This document shows positions 26,603 through 38,750 of a stretch of DNA of 64,000 bases, piece by piece (the first letter of the stretch is position 1; the number at the start of each line of letters is the position of its first letter). A model generated the notes under the pieces. It was given only the letters and a program-made list of their open reading frames with translations. It was not told the DNA's origin and did not search any database. Made by a program: the position numbers and the translations under genes. The stretch spans positions 42,336,302 through 42,400,301 of the forward strand of contig JARDVH010000121.1 of assembly GCA_030324005.1 (NCBI GenBank), given 5' to 3'. Source of the DNA: Negaprion brevirostris. Taxonomy: Eukaryota.

Positions 26603-27445
26603 GTATCGTTGAAAAAAGAGGACTATTTTGTCAAAGCTATTAACCTTGCACTCATCAGGATGATTTGCAAGAATACCAACATAAAGGAAATCAACAAAAT
26701 TATATTCTTTGAGAAGAGACTGCTGATTCATTGGCAAGTGGACTCTAATTGGTAGAGGTGTTGCCATGGAGAATGCACCAGTGGATGGTGACTGACAGTT
26801 CACTGCCAAACACTGTTTGAAATTCAAGCCAGGCAGATTGACTCTGATTGGTGAAGGCATTGTCCTGAAGAATGAAGCAGGAAATGGCTGTCATTACTTT
26901 GTTTAGCTGGAACAGGCGCAATGTGTATACATGTTCTTTCTAGCTGTGAAGAACAGTGTCCTGTGTAATAATACATATAGCTTCCAGGACACGCAAATGT
27001 ACCACATTGTGAATTCAACGGACAATCTTAAATTGGATGTTAGCATAATTATTAGGACACTGAGGGCTATTTAGCAAACGTCCAATTGCAGAATCACATC
27101 TGATGTTGGGCACAGTGTTTAAGTTTTGCAAACACGGGCTGGTTCGGTTGAGGTCTGAAAGTTGCCGTTTAAGAACAGCAGAAAGGACATGCTGTTTGAT
27201 GATGTAATTCTCCAGTTTTTGGACATTTGGCTTACATACCTAGCACCATGTGCCACGTTCCTTTTTTGTGTGATGGCAGAATGTATTTTTGGCTTGATGG
27301 CAGCATCCTATTGGTGGAGAATACTGCTCGTGTTGCCACTGCATAGTAGCAGAGGGAAGCTTTGAGTGTTGCTCAAATCTTGAGTAATCTAAGGTCGAGC
27401 AGGCATTTTTCAAGGCAGAAAGTGAAAGCCTTAGGACCCATTCAT
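26603..27445 (-). mobile_element. Penelope-like element 3' part (GIY-YIG region and 3' repeat), decayed
   Basis: Minus strand gives CYYAVATRAVFSTNRMLPSSQK, ARYVSQ..Q.L..YIIKQHV and RCDSAIG; CTGATGA hammerhead-like core at 26652-26658. Confidence 0.75.
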
Positions 27446-27474
27446 GGGTTTGCATGGCATACAGTTTGAAATTT

Positions 27475-28146
27475 AAGACATTCTTCCTATCATACAAATG
27501 AAGAATGTGGCATATGAATTTCAGCACAACGCGATGCTAGATATGTAAGCTGTAAGTCCTAATGACTCATGGATTATTTCAAATAGCATGTCTCTTCTAC
27601 TGTTCACAACAGGGAAGGTACAGATTGTACCTAACCAGCCTGTGCTTGCAAAACTCAAAACACATTGTCCCTCATTCGATGTGATTCCCTGATTGGACAA
27701 AATTTGCTAAGTAATCCTCAGTGTGTTCAATAATGATACTGACAGCCAATTTAAGATTGTCACTCAGGTCCAGTTGTGTGGACTGAAGGCTCCATATATT
27801 AATATGGAGACAGAAAGAAAGAACAGGTACACACATTGCACTTGTTTCAATAAGTGACAGCCATTCACTGGTTCATTCCTCAGGGCAATATCTTCACCAA
27901 TAAAAGTCAAGCTACATGGTTTAAATTTCAAGCAATGCTTGGCAATTAATTGTCAGTCACCATCAACTGGTGCACTGTCCATGGCAATGCCTCTATCAAC
28001 TAGAGTCCCCTTGCCAACCAATTAGCACTTTTTTCTTGTACAGTATAAATTTGTTGTTTTCCATTATATTGGTACTTTTGCAAGTTGCCCTTGATGAGAG
28101 TGAGATCAAAGGCTTTGACAAAATATGTCTATTTTATCAATATTAC
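27475..28146 (+). mobile_element. Second Penelope-like copy, inverted relative to the first
   Basis: DILPIIQMKNVAYEFQ...DARYVS resembles the GIY-YIG VVY/YVG motifs; colinear with the reverse complement of 26603-27289. Confidence 0.75.
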
Positions 28147-28682
28147 ACAGAATTTCGAAAATACTGTTTTCTGTTTTAGTTGATGAATACTTATAGGCTT
28201 GCATAACATTTCTCACCATTATTTTATCTAGAGTGTTACCTCATTTAAATGTTTAGGTTAGTCCTCTGTAAAAAAAAAGCACAGGAATGAAGTTAGATGG
28301 TTGTCAAGTAATATCATAAATTATCATTTAAATTCTAACATTATAATAAACCATTTGAATTTTAACTGAGAAATATAATAATGATTAATGAGCTTTATTC
28401 AGATTATATCAATGATTACTCTAGGCTGACTCACAAATGTACAGTGAATCTGCAGTTATATTGTAAAACTTCAAAAAATAATTAATGGATCTTCTAAGGA
28501 TTTTGCAGGATACATTGGTGTATTCGTTTATGAAGCACTTTTGTGAAAACAAAAACATTGTCTGGTCAATGATCAAGTTTCATTTAAATGAGATTTTCCA
28601 GTTTCTAAATCAATAATTGAAAATAATGCAAATTTGTTGCAGAACAAAATTGTCCACAGATAGGAATCAGTCCAAAAAAGAT

Positions 28683-28886
28683 GGTTGGATTCTCCAGCCA
28701 TTCACGTCAGTGGGATTCCCCAATCCCGCCAGCAATGCACCCCTGCCCCGGGTTTCCTGCTGGTGTGGTGTGATGTTAGTGGAACTGATTGACAGCAGCT
28801 GGACCAGGAAATCTTGCTGCTGACAAACAACGCGCCACCTCCTGCCAGCGGGAAAAACATGACTGGGAGGCCAGAGAATCTTGCCC
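28683..28886. mobile_element. About 200 bp MITE (family F)
   Basis: Ends ggttggattctc / gagaatcttgccc; a related inverted copy lies near 46905-47105. Confidence 0.6.
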
Positions 28887-30355
28887 AATATATTTAGATG
28901 GAATGTGGGGATTATAAAGTCCGAAATGTCTCAATTCCTGTAAGAGTTACTGATTTACTGTAAGAGTTACAATTTTTACACTTCATTGAATAAATTTAAT
29001 GCATCGGGGTGTGCAGCGACTGTATAAGCTTTTCAACAACTTATTACCATCGCCCAGCTTTGAGTGATCAAGAGCTTTTGTTTAATGCTATGCCTTAATT
29101 GCAGTATTTGGGTCAGACGTGGTCTATGAGTCCCAACTACCTAGTCCATAAAGCCCTTGTGACTCACTTCCTCTTTGTGCATGTATTTCATATAATATTT
29201 GTATTTTCTAGTCCAAAACAAGTATAATAAGCAAGCATATAAAAAAAGACAATTTGCAGAATATTTGAAAGGTAAATTTAATGAAAGCAGGAAAACAGCA
29301 ATCAGTTTAGAAAGGATTTATATCAAATTAGAATAATTTATTTTCAATGCAATCTTGATACATATATCTGAAGATATGAACATTAAATAATACAACATGG
29401 AGAAATTTATTGAACAAGATCATGTGAAAGAATAACATTAGTATTTAATGCATTTGTTTGATTTTTCCTCCTATTTGTCAAGACAGAGAAGTGTCATACT
29501 ATTTTTTAATATCATCCATCACATTTCAACTACAAAGTACATTGAATATAGAAAGCATTTGTATGAGTTTTCGCAATTAATTTTCTCATAATTGCCTGTT
29601 AATAATTCCATGTCAGAGAAATGGATGCCTTGCATTGTAACTATTTTTCTATTTCTGTGGAACCCCATGTAATAAGCACAAATCATTGTTCATGTTCTGC
29701 TTTCATAGCCTCACAATTCCCCTCATTCATGTTTAATAACGTAAAGTGAGATCCTTCCATTTTTCTGCAGAGTGTTGTAGTGGGTGGGAAATGTGGCATT
29801 GAAGCCATCAATCCAGGTCTGATGCAAAAAAAACTCCAAAGGTGAAGGTCCCACGATGTCAGGGCCCACTTCACTAGCAGTTTAATTTTGTAAAGATTGG
29901 GGCTCTGATTTTAAAAGCTATCCAAAATTTAAAAAAAGATAAAAACGTAACAACCATCCCCCCCCATACACCCCACACACCCCTCACCATGGAAGCCATC
30001 CCCTGGCACTTCCCAGGCAATGCCAGGTGTACATCATTGGAGATCTTTTCCCAAATATGAATGGATAACATAATGGGTGCATAGATTATCAGGTGTCCAT
30101 GCTATTGCAGAATCGATTGTAGAAACATGCTATGATCTCTTCATCTAGGCTACGTTTTCCCAACTGACTTTTCCAGTTGATACGCGGATTAAAAATGATT
30201 GTCACCGTGCCTTTCTGTCAAGCACCTGTTATTTCTTCCTTTATGCTTCCTCTTANNNNNNNNNNNNNNNNNNNNNNNNNNNNNNNNNNNNNNNNNNNNN
30301 NNNNNNNNNNNNNNNNNNNNNNNNNNNNNNNNNNNNNNNNNNNNNNNNNNNNNNN

Positions 30356-30655
30356 GGGGGTCCAGAACCAGGGGGTCACAGTCTGAGGATTGGGGGTAGA
30401 CCATTCAGGACAGAGGCGAGGAGACATTTCTTCACCCGGTGAGCCTGTGGAATTCATTCCCACCGGAAGGAGTTGATGCCAAAACATTGAATGTATTCAA
30501 GAGGTGGCTGGATATTGCACGGGGGGGTGAACGGGATCAAAGGTTATGGGGAGAAAGCAGGATCAGGCTATTGAGATGGACAATCAGCCATGATGGTGAT
30601 GGATGGGGGAGCAGGCTCAAAGGGCCGAATGGCCTCCTATCTTCTATGTTTCGAT
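30356..30655 (+). mobile_element. CR1/HER1 LINE 3' end
   Basis: SRTRG and SLWNSFP...AKTLNVFKRWLDIA; close relative of 53595-54170. Confidence 0.9.
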
Positions 30656-31236
30656 GTGAAACAATGTTCAAACCAACAAACATTTAGATCTCACGAACAA
30701 GGCAGCAGTGAGCATTCACTGATAAAACAGCAGGCAGGAGGAGACAGGCTGGTATAAACCCCCTGCTGCAGATCCTGCCCTGAGGCTCAGGGCGGTGGTT
30801 GTTCTGCTGGAGGCATCCCCAGGTTCTTTGTCTCCATGCAGTATTTTCCCTCGAGGTTCCAGCTCACCTGGCTCACGCCCTTTCTGACAAGCTGTGTTTT
30901 CCTTCAGGGATTCAGGGTGTTCCGGATTTTCAGCCGGTTGGTGCCGTGAGTCAGGAGTTGGGAGGCTCTGTGTCTGTGAGAGGTCAAAGCAGAAACATGT
31001 CCCGTGCTGTTCCTGTTCACATTGGCACTGCTGGGTATTGTGATGTTTGAATCCACAGGCCTGAGAATCTGGGATCTGGAAATTCCAATCCCACTGAGGC
31101 GCTGGGTGAATCTGAACTCAGTTTTAAACCTGGAAATAAAGTAAAGTGATCCTAAAGCTGTCAGACTGTCACGTGATTGACCACATCCTTCAGGGAAGGA
31201 AACCTGTTCTTATCAGGTACGGGCCTATTGGTGACA

Positions 31237-31361
31237 ATGTGGAGATGTTGGACTGGGGTAAACACCGTAAGGAGTCTCACAACACCAGGTTAAAGTTCAA
31301 CAGGTTTATTTGGTAGCAAAATCCACTAGCTTTCAGAATGCTGCCCCTTCGTCAGGTGAGT
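31237..31361 (-). mobile_element. Penelope-like terminal repeat with hammerhead-like core
   Basis: Reverse complement ctcacCTGACGAaggggcagcattctGAAAgctag...ccaaataaacctgttg; same family as 52141-52230. Confidence 0.65.
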
Positions 31362-31523
31362 ACCTGTCCCTTGTCTTTGGGATGGCCTATTTCCTGTGAG
31401 TTGCAGGCTGTTTATCTCTGTCTTTTAGGCTGCAGCCTTCATTTTAGTTCTTGCTGAATTCTCCCAGAGTGCTTTATAAATCACCATTTTAGGTGGCCCG
31501 TTTGGTCACAGTCCCCCCCTTTG
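31362..31523 (-). mobile_element. Probable LTR-element polypurine tract and 3' LTR start
   Basis: Minus strand reads caaagggggggac then TGTGACC at 31510, the usual PPT/LTR junction. No coding motifs recognised upstream. Confidence 0.4.
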
Positions 31524-32654
31524 ACCCTGAACACGAAGCATGATGGATCACAAATTCAGGACCAACATCAGTCAGGAATTCCCCAGTCACTCAACAGTCA
31601 AGCAAAGCACAGGATTTGGCATGCACAGTAATAATACATCCCTTGCCTTCCAGAAACTACAGATAATAACACTTTACAAATACAACCACATATTCTAAAC
31701 ACCATTATTACAATAGGCTAATCACAAAGCAATATTTGCGAGTCCTGGGTACATTCGAAAATTAAGATTTTCAATTGTCCATTGTCATCCAGTAGTGCAA
31801 AGTACAATTTGATGGTATCTCTGTAAACATTCTTCTAAAGAATTAAAGGGGACCGTGATTCAAGGGCAGACTCCACGTCTTGTCATTGTGCCAAACCACA
31901 ATTAGCCCGGACATGAAAAGTTCATCTTGCTTGGAGTGTCCTGCACGCTTACCCCGATGATGAGTCCAATGAGTTAGATCCTAGGTTGCATCTTTGTCAT
32001 CGTCCATCGTTGTCCTGAGGAGATCAATGTAATTTCTGCCCTTATCATGTCTAATATTTGATGTATTTACATGTTCATTCCCCGCCCTTTTTTTTTATAT
32101 ATGAAGCTGCGTTACATTCAGATAATCCACTGGCAAAAGATTTGACTCCCAAGTGGCAACGTTCTGTTCAAATAACCATGTCAGCTGATGAAAGTACAAC
32201 AAATGACAATTGATTTTTAAAAATCAGTACACTGTTTTCAGGAAATGAGTTTTAAAACAAAAGACCCTCAGTTTACTTTCAAAGAGACTTGTAATAAGTT
32301 ACAGGAAGAGGCTGCTGTGTAGGGAGATCTTTTGTTATATTTCAGTGGCAAGGAAAATGACTCAAAAGTATCTGAGTACATTGCTGTCAATGTTCAATCC
32401 CTCGACAGATGTTCCGTGCCAATTTTCCAAGTGAAGGCGTTTAAAAAAAACTCCTAATGAATTTAAAGAAATGCTCAATCTTCGTAAAGAATTAACTGAG
32501 TCAACAATTGGATAACAAGGTTAATCAAGGCAAAGCATTTTACCATAAAGGCAAATCAAATTTCATCAGATACTGCTTTCTGCTTTTCCAGGAGCCATGT
32601 TAGGAACAAGGTGGGAGGTTGTTCCAGAATCTTGCAGAAATGCTTCTTTTTTTC

Positions 32655-32942
32655 CATAGAACCCTACAGTGCAGAAAGAGGCCCTTCAGCCCACTGAGTC
32701 TGTACCAACCACAATCCCACCCAGGCCCTACCCCCACATCCCAGGACACTAAGGGGCAATTTTAGCATGGCCAATCAACCTAACCCACACATCTTTGGAC
32801 TGTGGGAGAAAACCAGAGCACCCAGAGGAAACCCACAAGGAGAATGTGCAAACTCCACACAGACAATGACCCGAGCCAGGAATCGAACCCAGGTCCTTGG
32901 AGCTGTGAAGCAGCAGTGCTAACCAATGTGCTACTGTGCCAC
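32655..32942 (-). mobile_element. V-SINE (CR1-type tail)
   Basis: Full-length reverse-complement copy. Confidence 0.92.
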
Positions 32943-33244
32943 TATTTAGTTTAAAATCCTCTTTGCTTCCCGAGTTGTCTGGCTTGCAAGAACAGTTGTC
33001 CCAATGATACATATTCCATTTTCCCTAGTGCTTGTGCCCCATGGCCAGAACTCACTTTTCCTAAACTAGTCTTTGAGCTATGTATCAGTCTTCCAAATGT
33101 TATTTGTCCACTGCATGTGGCTAAGTTAATAATTCAAGGTTATGACTTTGATGTTCTGCTTCTTAATTTGGTGCCAAGCTCCTCATACTGACTATGCAGA
33201 ACTTCCTTCTTTGTCCTAGCTATGTCATTGGTACCTACATTTTT

Positions 33245-33548
33245 ATTTTATTTTTTATTAGTCACAAGTAGGCTTAAATTAACACTGCAATGAAGCTATT
33301 GTGAAAATCCTCTAGTCACCACACTCCGGCGCCTGTGCGGGGACACTGAGGGAGAATTTAGCATGGCCAATGCATCTAATCAACATGTCTTTTGGACTGT
33401 GGGAAGCAACCAGAGCAGCTGGAGAAAACCCATGCAGACACAGGGAGAACGAGCAAACTCCACACAGACAGCAACCCAAGCTGGGAATCGAACCTGGGTC
33501 TCTGGTGCTATGAGGCAGCATTGCCAACCACTGTGCCACCATGCCACT
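33245..33548 (-). mobile_element. V-SINE with B tail
   Basis: Full-length reverse-complement copy of the 25632-25942 type. Confidence 0.92.
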
Positions 33549-33867
33549 GTGCATGGTCCACAATGACTGAATCCTTCCATTCCCTCTCTGCAAGTTCCTC
33601 ATCAGCCCTAAGCAGATGTCCTGAAAGCCACTGGGCAGACAACACAGCCACCTAGAATAATGCACTTTGCTGCAGGAAGTAGTGTCAACCCCTCTGACGA
33701 TTTTATCCCCTATTACAACTGCATTCATGGTAACTCGCCCTGCTTGAGTGGTTTCCTGTACCATGATACCCTGGCTGGTTAGCTCATCCATCCTGCAGCC
33801 CCAAACAAACTAATAAAAAACCTCAAAGCATTTGGATAATTTTGGTTCCCTCATCTGAAAAAAGATC

Positions 33868-34260
33868 ATTGAATCCCTACAGAGCAGCAGGATGCCATTC
33901 AGCCCATCAAGCCTGCACTGGCGACAATCCCATTCAGGCCTTATCCCCATAACCCCACGTATTTATTTACCTTGCTAATTCTCTGACACGAAGGGGCAAT
34001 TTACCATGCCCAATCAACCTAATATAACATTGGACATAGTTTAATTAGCAGCAGTTCAGAAAATGTTCATATGACTCATTCCTGGGATGAAGGGCTTATC
34101 TTATAAAGAAAGCTTGAACAGGAAACTCGTTGGTGTTCCGAAGAATGAGGGTGACCTTATTGAAACATATAAGATCCTGACAGAATTTGACTGGATGGAT
34201 ACCAGACGGATCTTTCCTCTTGCGGAAGAGGCCAAAACTAAACAACACAATTTAGAAGGA
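33868..34260. mobile_element. V-SINE tail (minus, to about 34022) abutting a CR1 fragment (plus)
   Basis: SINE tail followed by MKGLSYKESLN...GDLIETYKIL...RIFPLAEE. Confidence 0.75.
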
Positions 34261-36128
34261 GAAGGCGAGGGAGAAAGAATTCTCTCAAAGGATCAATGGC
34301 AATTCTCCTCTGTGAAGAGCTGTTTTAAAACAGTGAGGATGTTAATGTTACGTAAGGCTGAACATTTGGGCCACTGTTTTAGGGTGACTAGAGTCTACTT
34401 TTTTTAAAATGCATTCTGAAATATTTTACTGATGTTAGGTGGCCGTATCATTTGGCGTATTTTGGTGCATGAATAAGGATGGCAAGTACAATCGGAAAGT
34501 AGATGTGTTTGCACCGCAACTATTAAAATGCTTGTGGGCAATTACTAGGTTGTGATCAATTATCTGCTTTGATAGCACCGTTGTGCCAAAGCCAATTACC
34601 AGTTTTTGAAGCTCACCTTCGGTCTTTGTTTACATAGGGAGTGGGATACCACTTGAGGAAGAGTCATGGGTTAAATAATTCTGAAGTGCTGAAGGACTGT
34701 ACTTGTCTGACTCATCCATAAATTTGCTCCATTTTAATTACGACCTGCAATCATGCATCTTCAGCACACCAACCGCAGCAAGCATTTTCAATCTAGATTC
34801 ACTCAATTGAGACAAATCAGTGGCTTTTTGCATATGTGTGCTCCCAGTTCTATACCTTTGAGACATTGGTCCATTACCACAGTCCAGTTATCCATTTTCT
34901 GATAAGGTGCTGTTGGATAGGGTTAGTGATCCCACTCTTGCAGCATGGGCAGTGCTCAAAGAGAACATGGGCCAGAGAATTGACACTGTGTGATTTTGTA
35001 TTCCTGACTTACTACATGGCTCCCCATGGGGAAAGCAGGGTAACTGAACCTAACCTCTTTGTTCAGTGCTTTTGTATTTATTTTCTAAAGTGCCTATTTA
35101 AGTAATGGGAAAATTAATGGTGCCAGATATTTAATTCCATGCACAAAAAGTAAACCTTCTCCCAAAAATGCTTCTGACAGAGGGGTCCGCATTCATCGGG
35201 GTGGCGTTTGAGGTGGTGATGGTGAGTTGCCAGTTTGATCTGCCACACCAGGACATTTGTATAGATTATGGGTGAGATTTAGTGAGCCCAGAAGGATATA
35301 AACCTGATTTGCATGAAATTAAGTTAATTAAAATGTCATTATATGGCTTTATGCCGTAACACCCAGCCACATGGAATGCTTTCCCCAGCGGCATGGTTTC
35401 ATGCCAGCACAAGTCACCACTGATTTTTGAAAATAGAAACCAGTCAAGATGACCACGCTGGGGGTGTGGACGTGCCTAGAAGACCAAGGGGTTGAGGGCC
35501 AAATCTGGGCATTGCCCCCTGGCACATAGTAGTTCCCCTGGCATTAGCGGGCAGTGCCAGGTGACAGTGCTAAGGGGCACTGACATGGACACTGCCAGGG
35601 GGTTTACCCCCCACTGCTGGGAGGGTGTTATGTATTTGGGGAGTTACTGTGAGTGACTTGGCCCATTTAAAACAACAGTCACTTAACGTCATTGAGATCT
35701 CCATACTCCGCCACAGTCAACACAACAATTAAACTGGCAATGAGGCAGGATCAAGAAAACATGGAAAAAGAAAAACAGGACTTTTTTTCTCTTAATAAAA
35801 ATGGCAAGAAACCCAGAGGTCAGACAGGATCCATGACAGGGACCAAATCTGTAGGGTGCCAGTAGCCAGTAATGACACAACTTCCGACCGGTGAACTAAG
35901 TGAGTAAACCCCAGTCAGCAGTGTCCATGCACATGGCCAGTGAGATGGGAAATGGAAGCTATGGAGCTCACACATAGTTAGTGAGGAGAACAAAAACCCA
36001 TCCACTAATCACTATAGGGTGTCTCTTCTGGAAATTCAGTTAATTCCTCCAATTATTGACTTAGCTAAACAAGAAAAGGGAAGCCGCTGAGAGGAATACT
36101 GCATAGTTCTCCTGAACCTGTGAGGAAA

Positions 36129-37330
36129 ATGGCAGGTCACTTTGGGGCATAAGCTCTTTTGATGAGGAAATTGAATGTTGAAGCTCTGGTGCAGAGATGT
36201 TCCGATATTATTTACAAGCAAATAAAATTCCACTGGAACCCATAGTCCCAACTTTGTCAGCACTATTGGAAGTAAAGACTAACCTACTCCACAGTTTTGT
36301 CCAGCCAGAGAAGCCCAGTACCAAAACTCTCAAGTAATTGGTGAAAGCCCTCGAGGAACATAAGCGAATTATTGCAGAATGGCTCAGTTATTATGGAAGA
36401 AATCAATTACAGGATGAGAATGTTTCACAGTTTGTGGGCACCTTGAAGAACCTCATTGAATATTGTGAGTTTGGTGAATCCCTGGATGATGCCCTGCGAG
36501 ACCATTTGGCCTGTGCTTTAAGAAATTAAGCATTCCAGCAACACCTTAAGGTTAGCCTTATGGTTAAGAAAAGCTTTGGAAATTGCAGTCCCAATGGAGC
36601 TTACAGCTGGAGAGGCTTTACAGTTGGGAACCGGCATGAGAGTCCAGAAGATGGGCACCATCCAGAGGAAGTATACCCGACTGCAGACATGCCACCGATG
36701 TACCAGAGTGGGCCATTCACCAGCTGACTGTTGAAGCAAGGACAGCCAGTGCAAGAATTGTGGCAAGATTGGCCATATTATAAGAGGTTGTTGGAAGGGA
36801 TCAGGTTCCCTGCACAGAGTAATCAGAAAAAGAATGAGCAATAAGACACATTCAGAATTTATAACGTGACTGAGGAGAATGACAGCAGTCAGGAAGAGGC
36901 ATTTTAGGAGTCTGATGAAGAGCCCAGATTGAACATGTTATGGTTCCAGGGGAATCACATTGATTTTGGTTTGTCCCTGCACTGAGTGGACAACTGGTCA
37001 AAATGGAAGTTGACATAGGTGCCACCATATCTTTAATCTCTTGAGATCATCAATAGAAATTAAAGCATATTTTGTTAAAGCCAGTAAATGTGATCTTAAA
37101 AATAGATAAGGCAGAAATTGTGCTATAGAAAGGCTAGATCAATGTCAAGGTGGAGCTGAGTGGACAAATGGCAAAACTGCCTCTCCATGTGGTCCGGCTC
37201 CCTTTGGACGATCTTGGCTAAAAAGATCAAGCTGGACTGTGCGTTGTAAACTGATTGGTCAACACCAAACCTGACCTACAGCACATCCTCAATAGATTTA
37301 AGAGTGCCTACGAAGGAGCACTTGGAGTGC
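36129..37330 (+). mobile_element. Decayed Gypsy LTR retrotransposon gag-protease (Mag-like)
   Basis: RNQLQDENVSQFVGTLKNLIEYCEFGESLDDALRDHLACALRN; two CCHC knuckles CHRCTRVGHSPADC and CKNCGKIGHIIRGC (36690-36791); protease motif VKMEVDIGATISLI (about 36997). Many stops and frameshifts. Confidence 0.88.
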
Positions 37331-38685
37331 AATTAAAACTCAAAATCAATAATTTTCACTGGCACAGGATAAGGGTAGTGAACACACACCACCTTGCATT
37401 CCCAACCTGGCTGGCTCCATTGCAGGGGTAGGTATCTCAAGCATTTCACTTCCCCCCGCCTACAAAATTTTCAAGGAATGAGGCACCCATCTGTATGATT
37501 TATGGTTCTTAGCCCCCTCAGAGAACTTATAAAGCATAATCTGGATTAATCTTTTGATAGATAACTTTAAAGTATCTTACCCATGCATCTTCCATGCCCG
37601 CCCCCATACCCATTCCACGCACCCCATGCTTTCTCCATGCCCTCCATGGTCTCTCTATGCACCATGCACTTTCATGCCCTCTATGCCCCGTCATCCAGTG
37701 TGCACTGTGTGCAGAACCAATGAATTGCAGAGTAACAATGGCGAGTCTTGAAATGCTGTGTGAAAAAAAAACAGCCATTCAGGAATCTGTTTTGAAAAGC
37801 AAACTGCTGTTCTTATGACCCTGTGAAAGTATCAATCAGACAAGAACTACTTATGGGAAGAGCAATAGTGAGGCCGTGCTCTATATGTACAATGAAGCAT
37901 TAGGAGTAATCAGATCATGATGTCATTCAGGCCAAAATGAAGTTCGCTTTTAAAACTTGGACTGTGCATATCCAGTGTGTTATTGTTGTTGTTGTTATTT
38001 CTCTTCCCACACCTAATGATGCACAAGGCAGACATTCATCTGTTCCCATAGCAGGATCTTTCCTGGAACAGATTGCTAGCCTGTTGCAAGGGCTTATACT
38101 TTGCGGGACTCAACTCTATATCAAACATGGCTGACCAGGAGTCTCTCCTGCTCTTATTGCCTGCTATTGGCATGTGTTGGAAGGATTTTGCAGGTTGATG
38201 TGACCTTTTGGTCGCATTGTGAATTCACCTTCCTTGGCCATTAAGCCCTTAATGGGACTCAAACCTGGAACGCATGGTTCAGAGACAATACCCACTGCAC
38301 CACAAGATTTCCATTTCCTGCTATATGCATATGGCTAACTACTCAGCTAATTATGTGTTGTTCTGCATGAGGGACCTCCTCACCACTGCTATTTAAAGGG
38401 ATAGATGTCTTTATTGCATCTGACTTAATTCTGCTGTGGCAAAGTTCAGATAAGTACTGTGGTTTGTGTTACTGACAAGGGAGGGATATGGGATAATTTC
38501 CCTTTTTCTCCACCTCTTGACTGACTGCAACGTGGTGTATTTCTGAGAAGGAGTGTACCAGCACCTTGAGTGCAGTGACTTTAAAGAACCAGCACAAAGC
38601 AGGCTTTCTGGCAAGATTAAAGTAGAAGAAAGGATAAATATTTATTACTCATACTACCTGAAAATGTGCACAACAAACACCCACT

Positions 38686-38686
<1 letters not shown>

Positions 38687-38750
<64 letters not shown>
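38687..38750. repeat. (CA)n microsatellite, about 32 units
   Basis: Directly visible, with one CG interruption. Confidence 0.99.

Noticed and set aside
33238-33262. TTTTA run in the intron equivalent to the human SAMD12 repeat-expansion intron
   Set aside because: Only a few units, and it is simply the A-rich tail of a minus-strand SINE; no TTTCA array.
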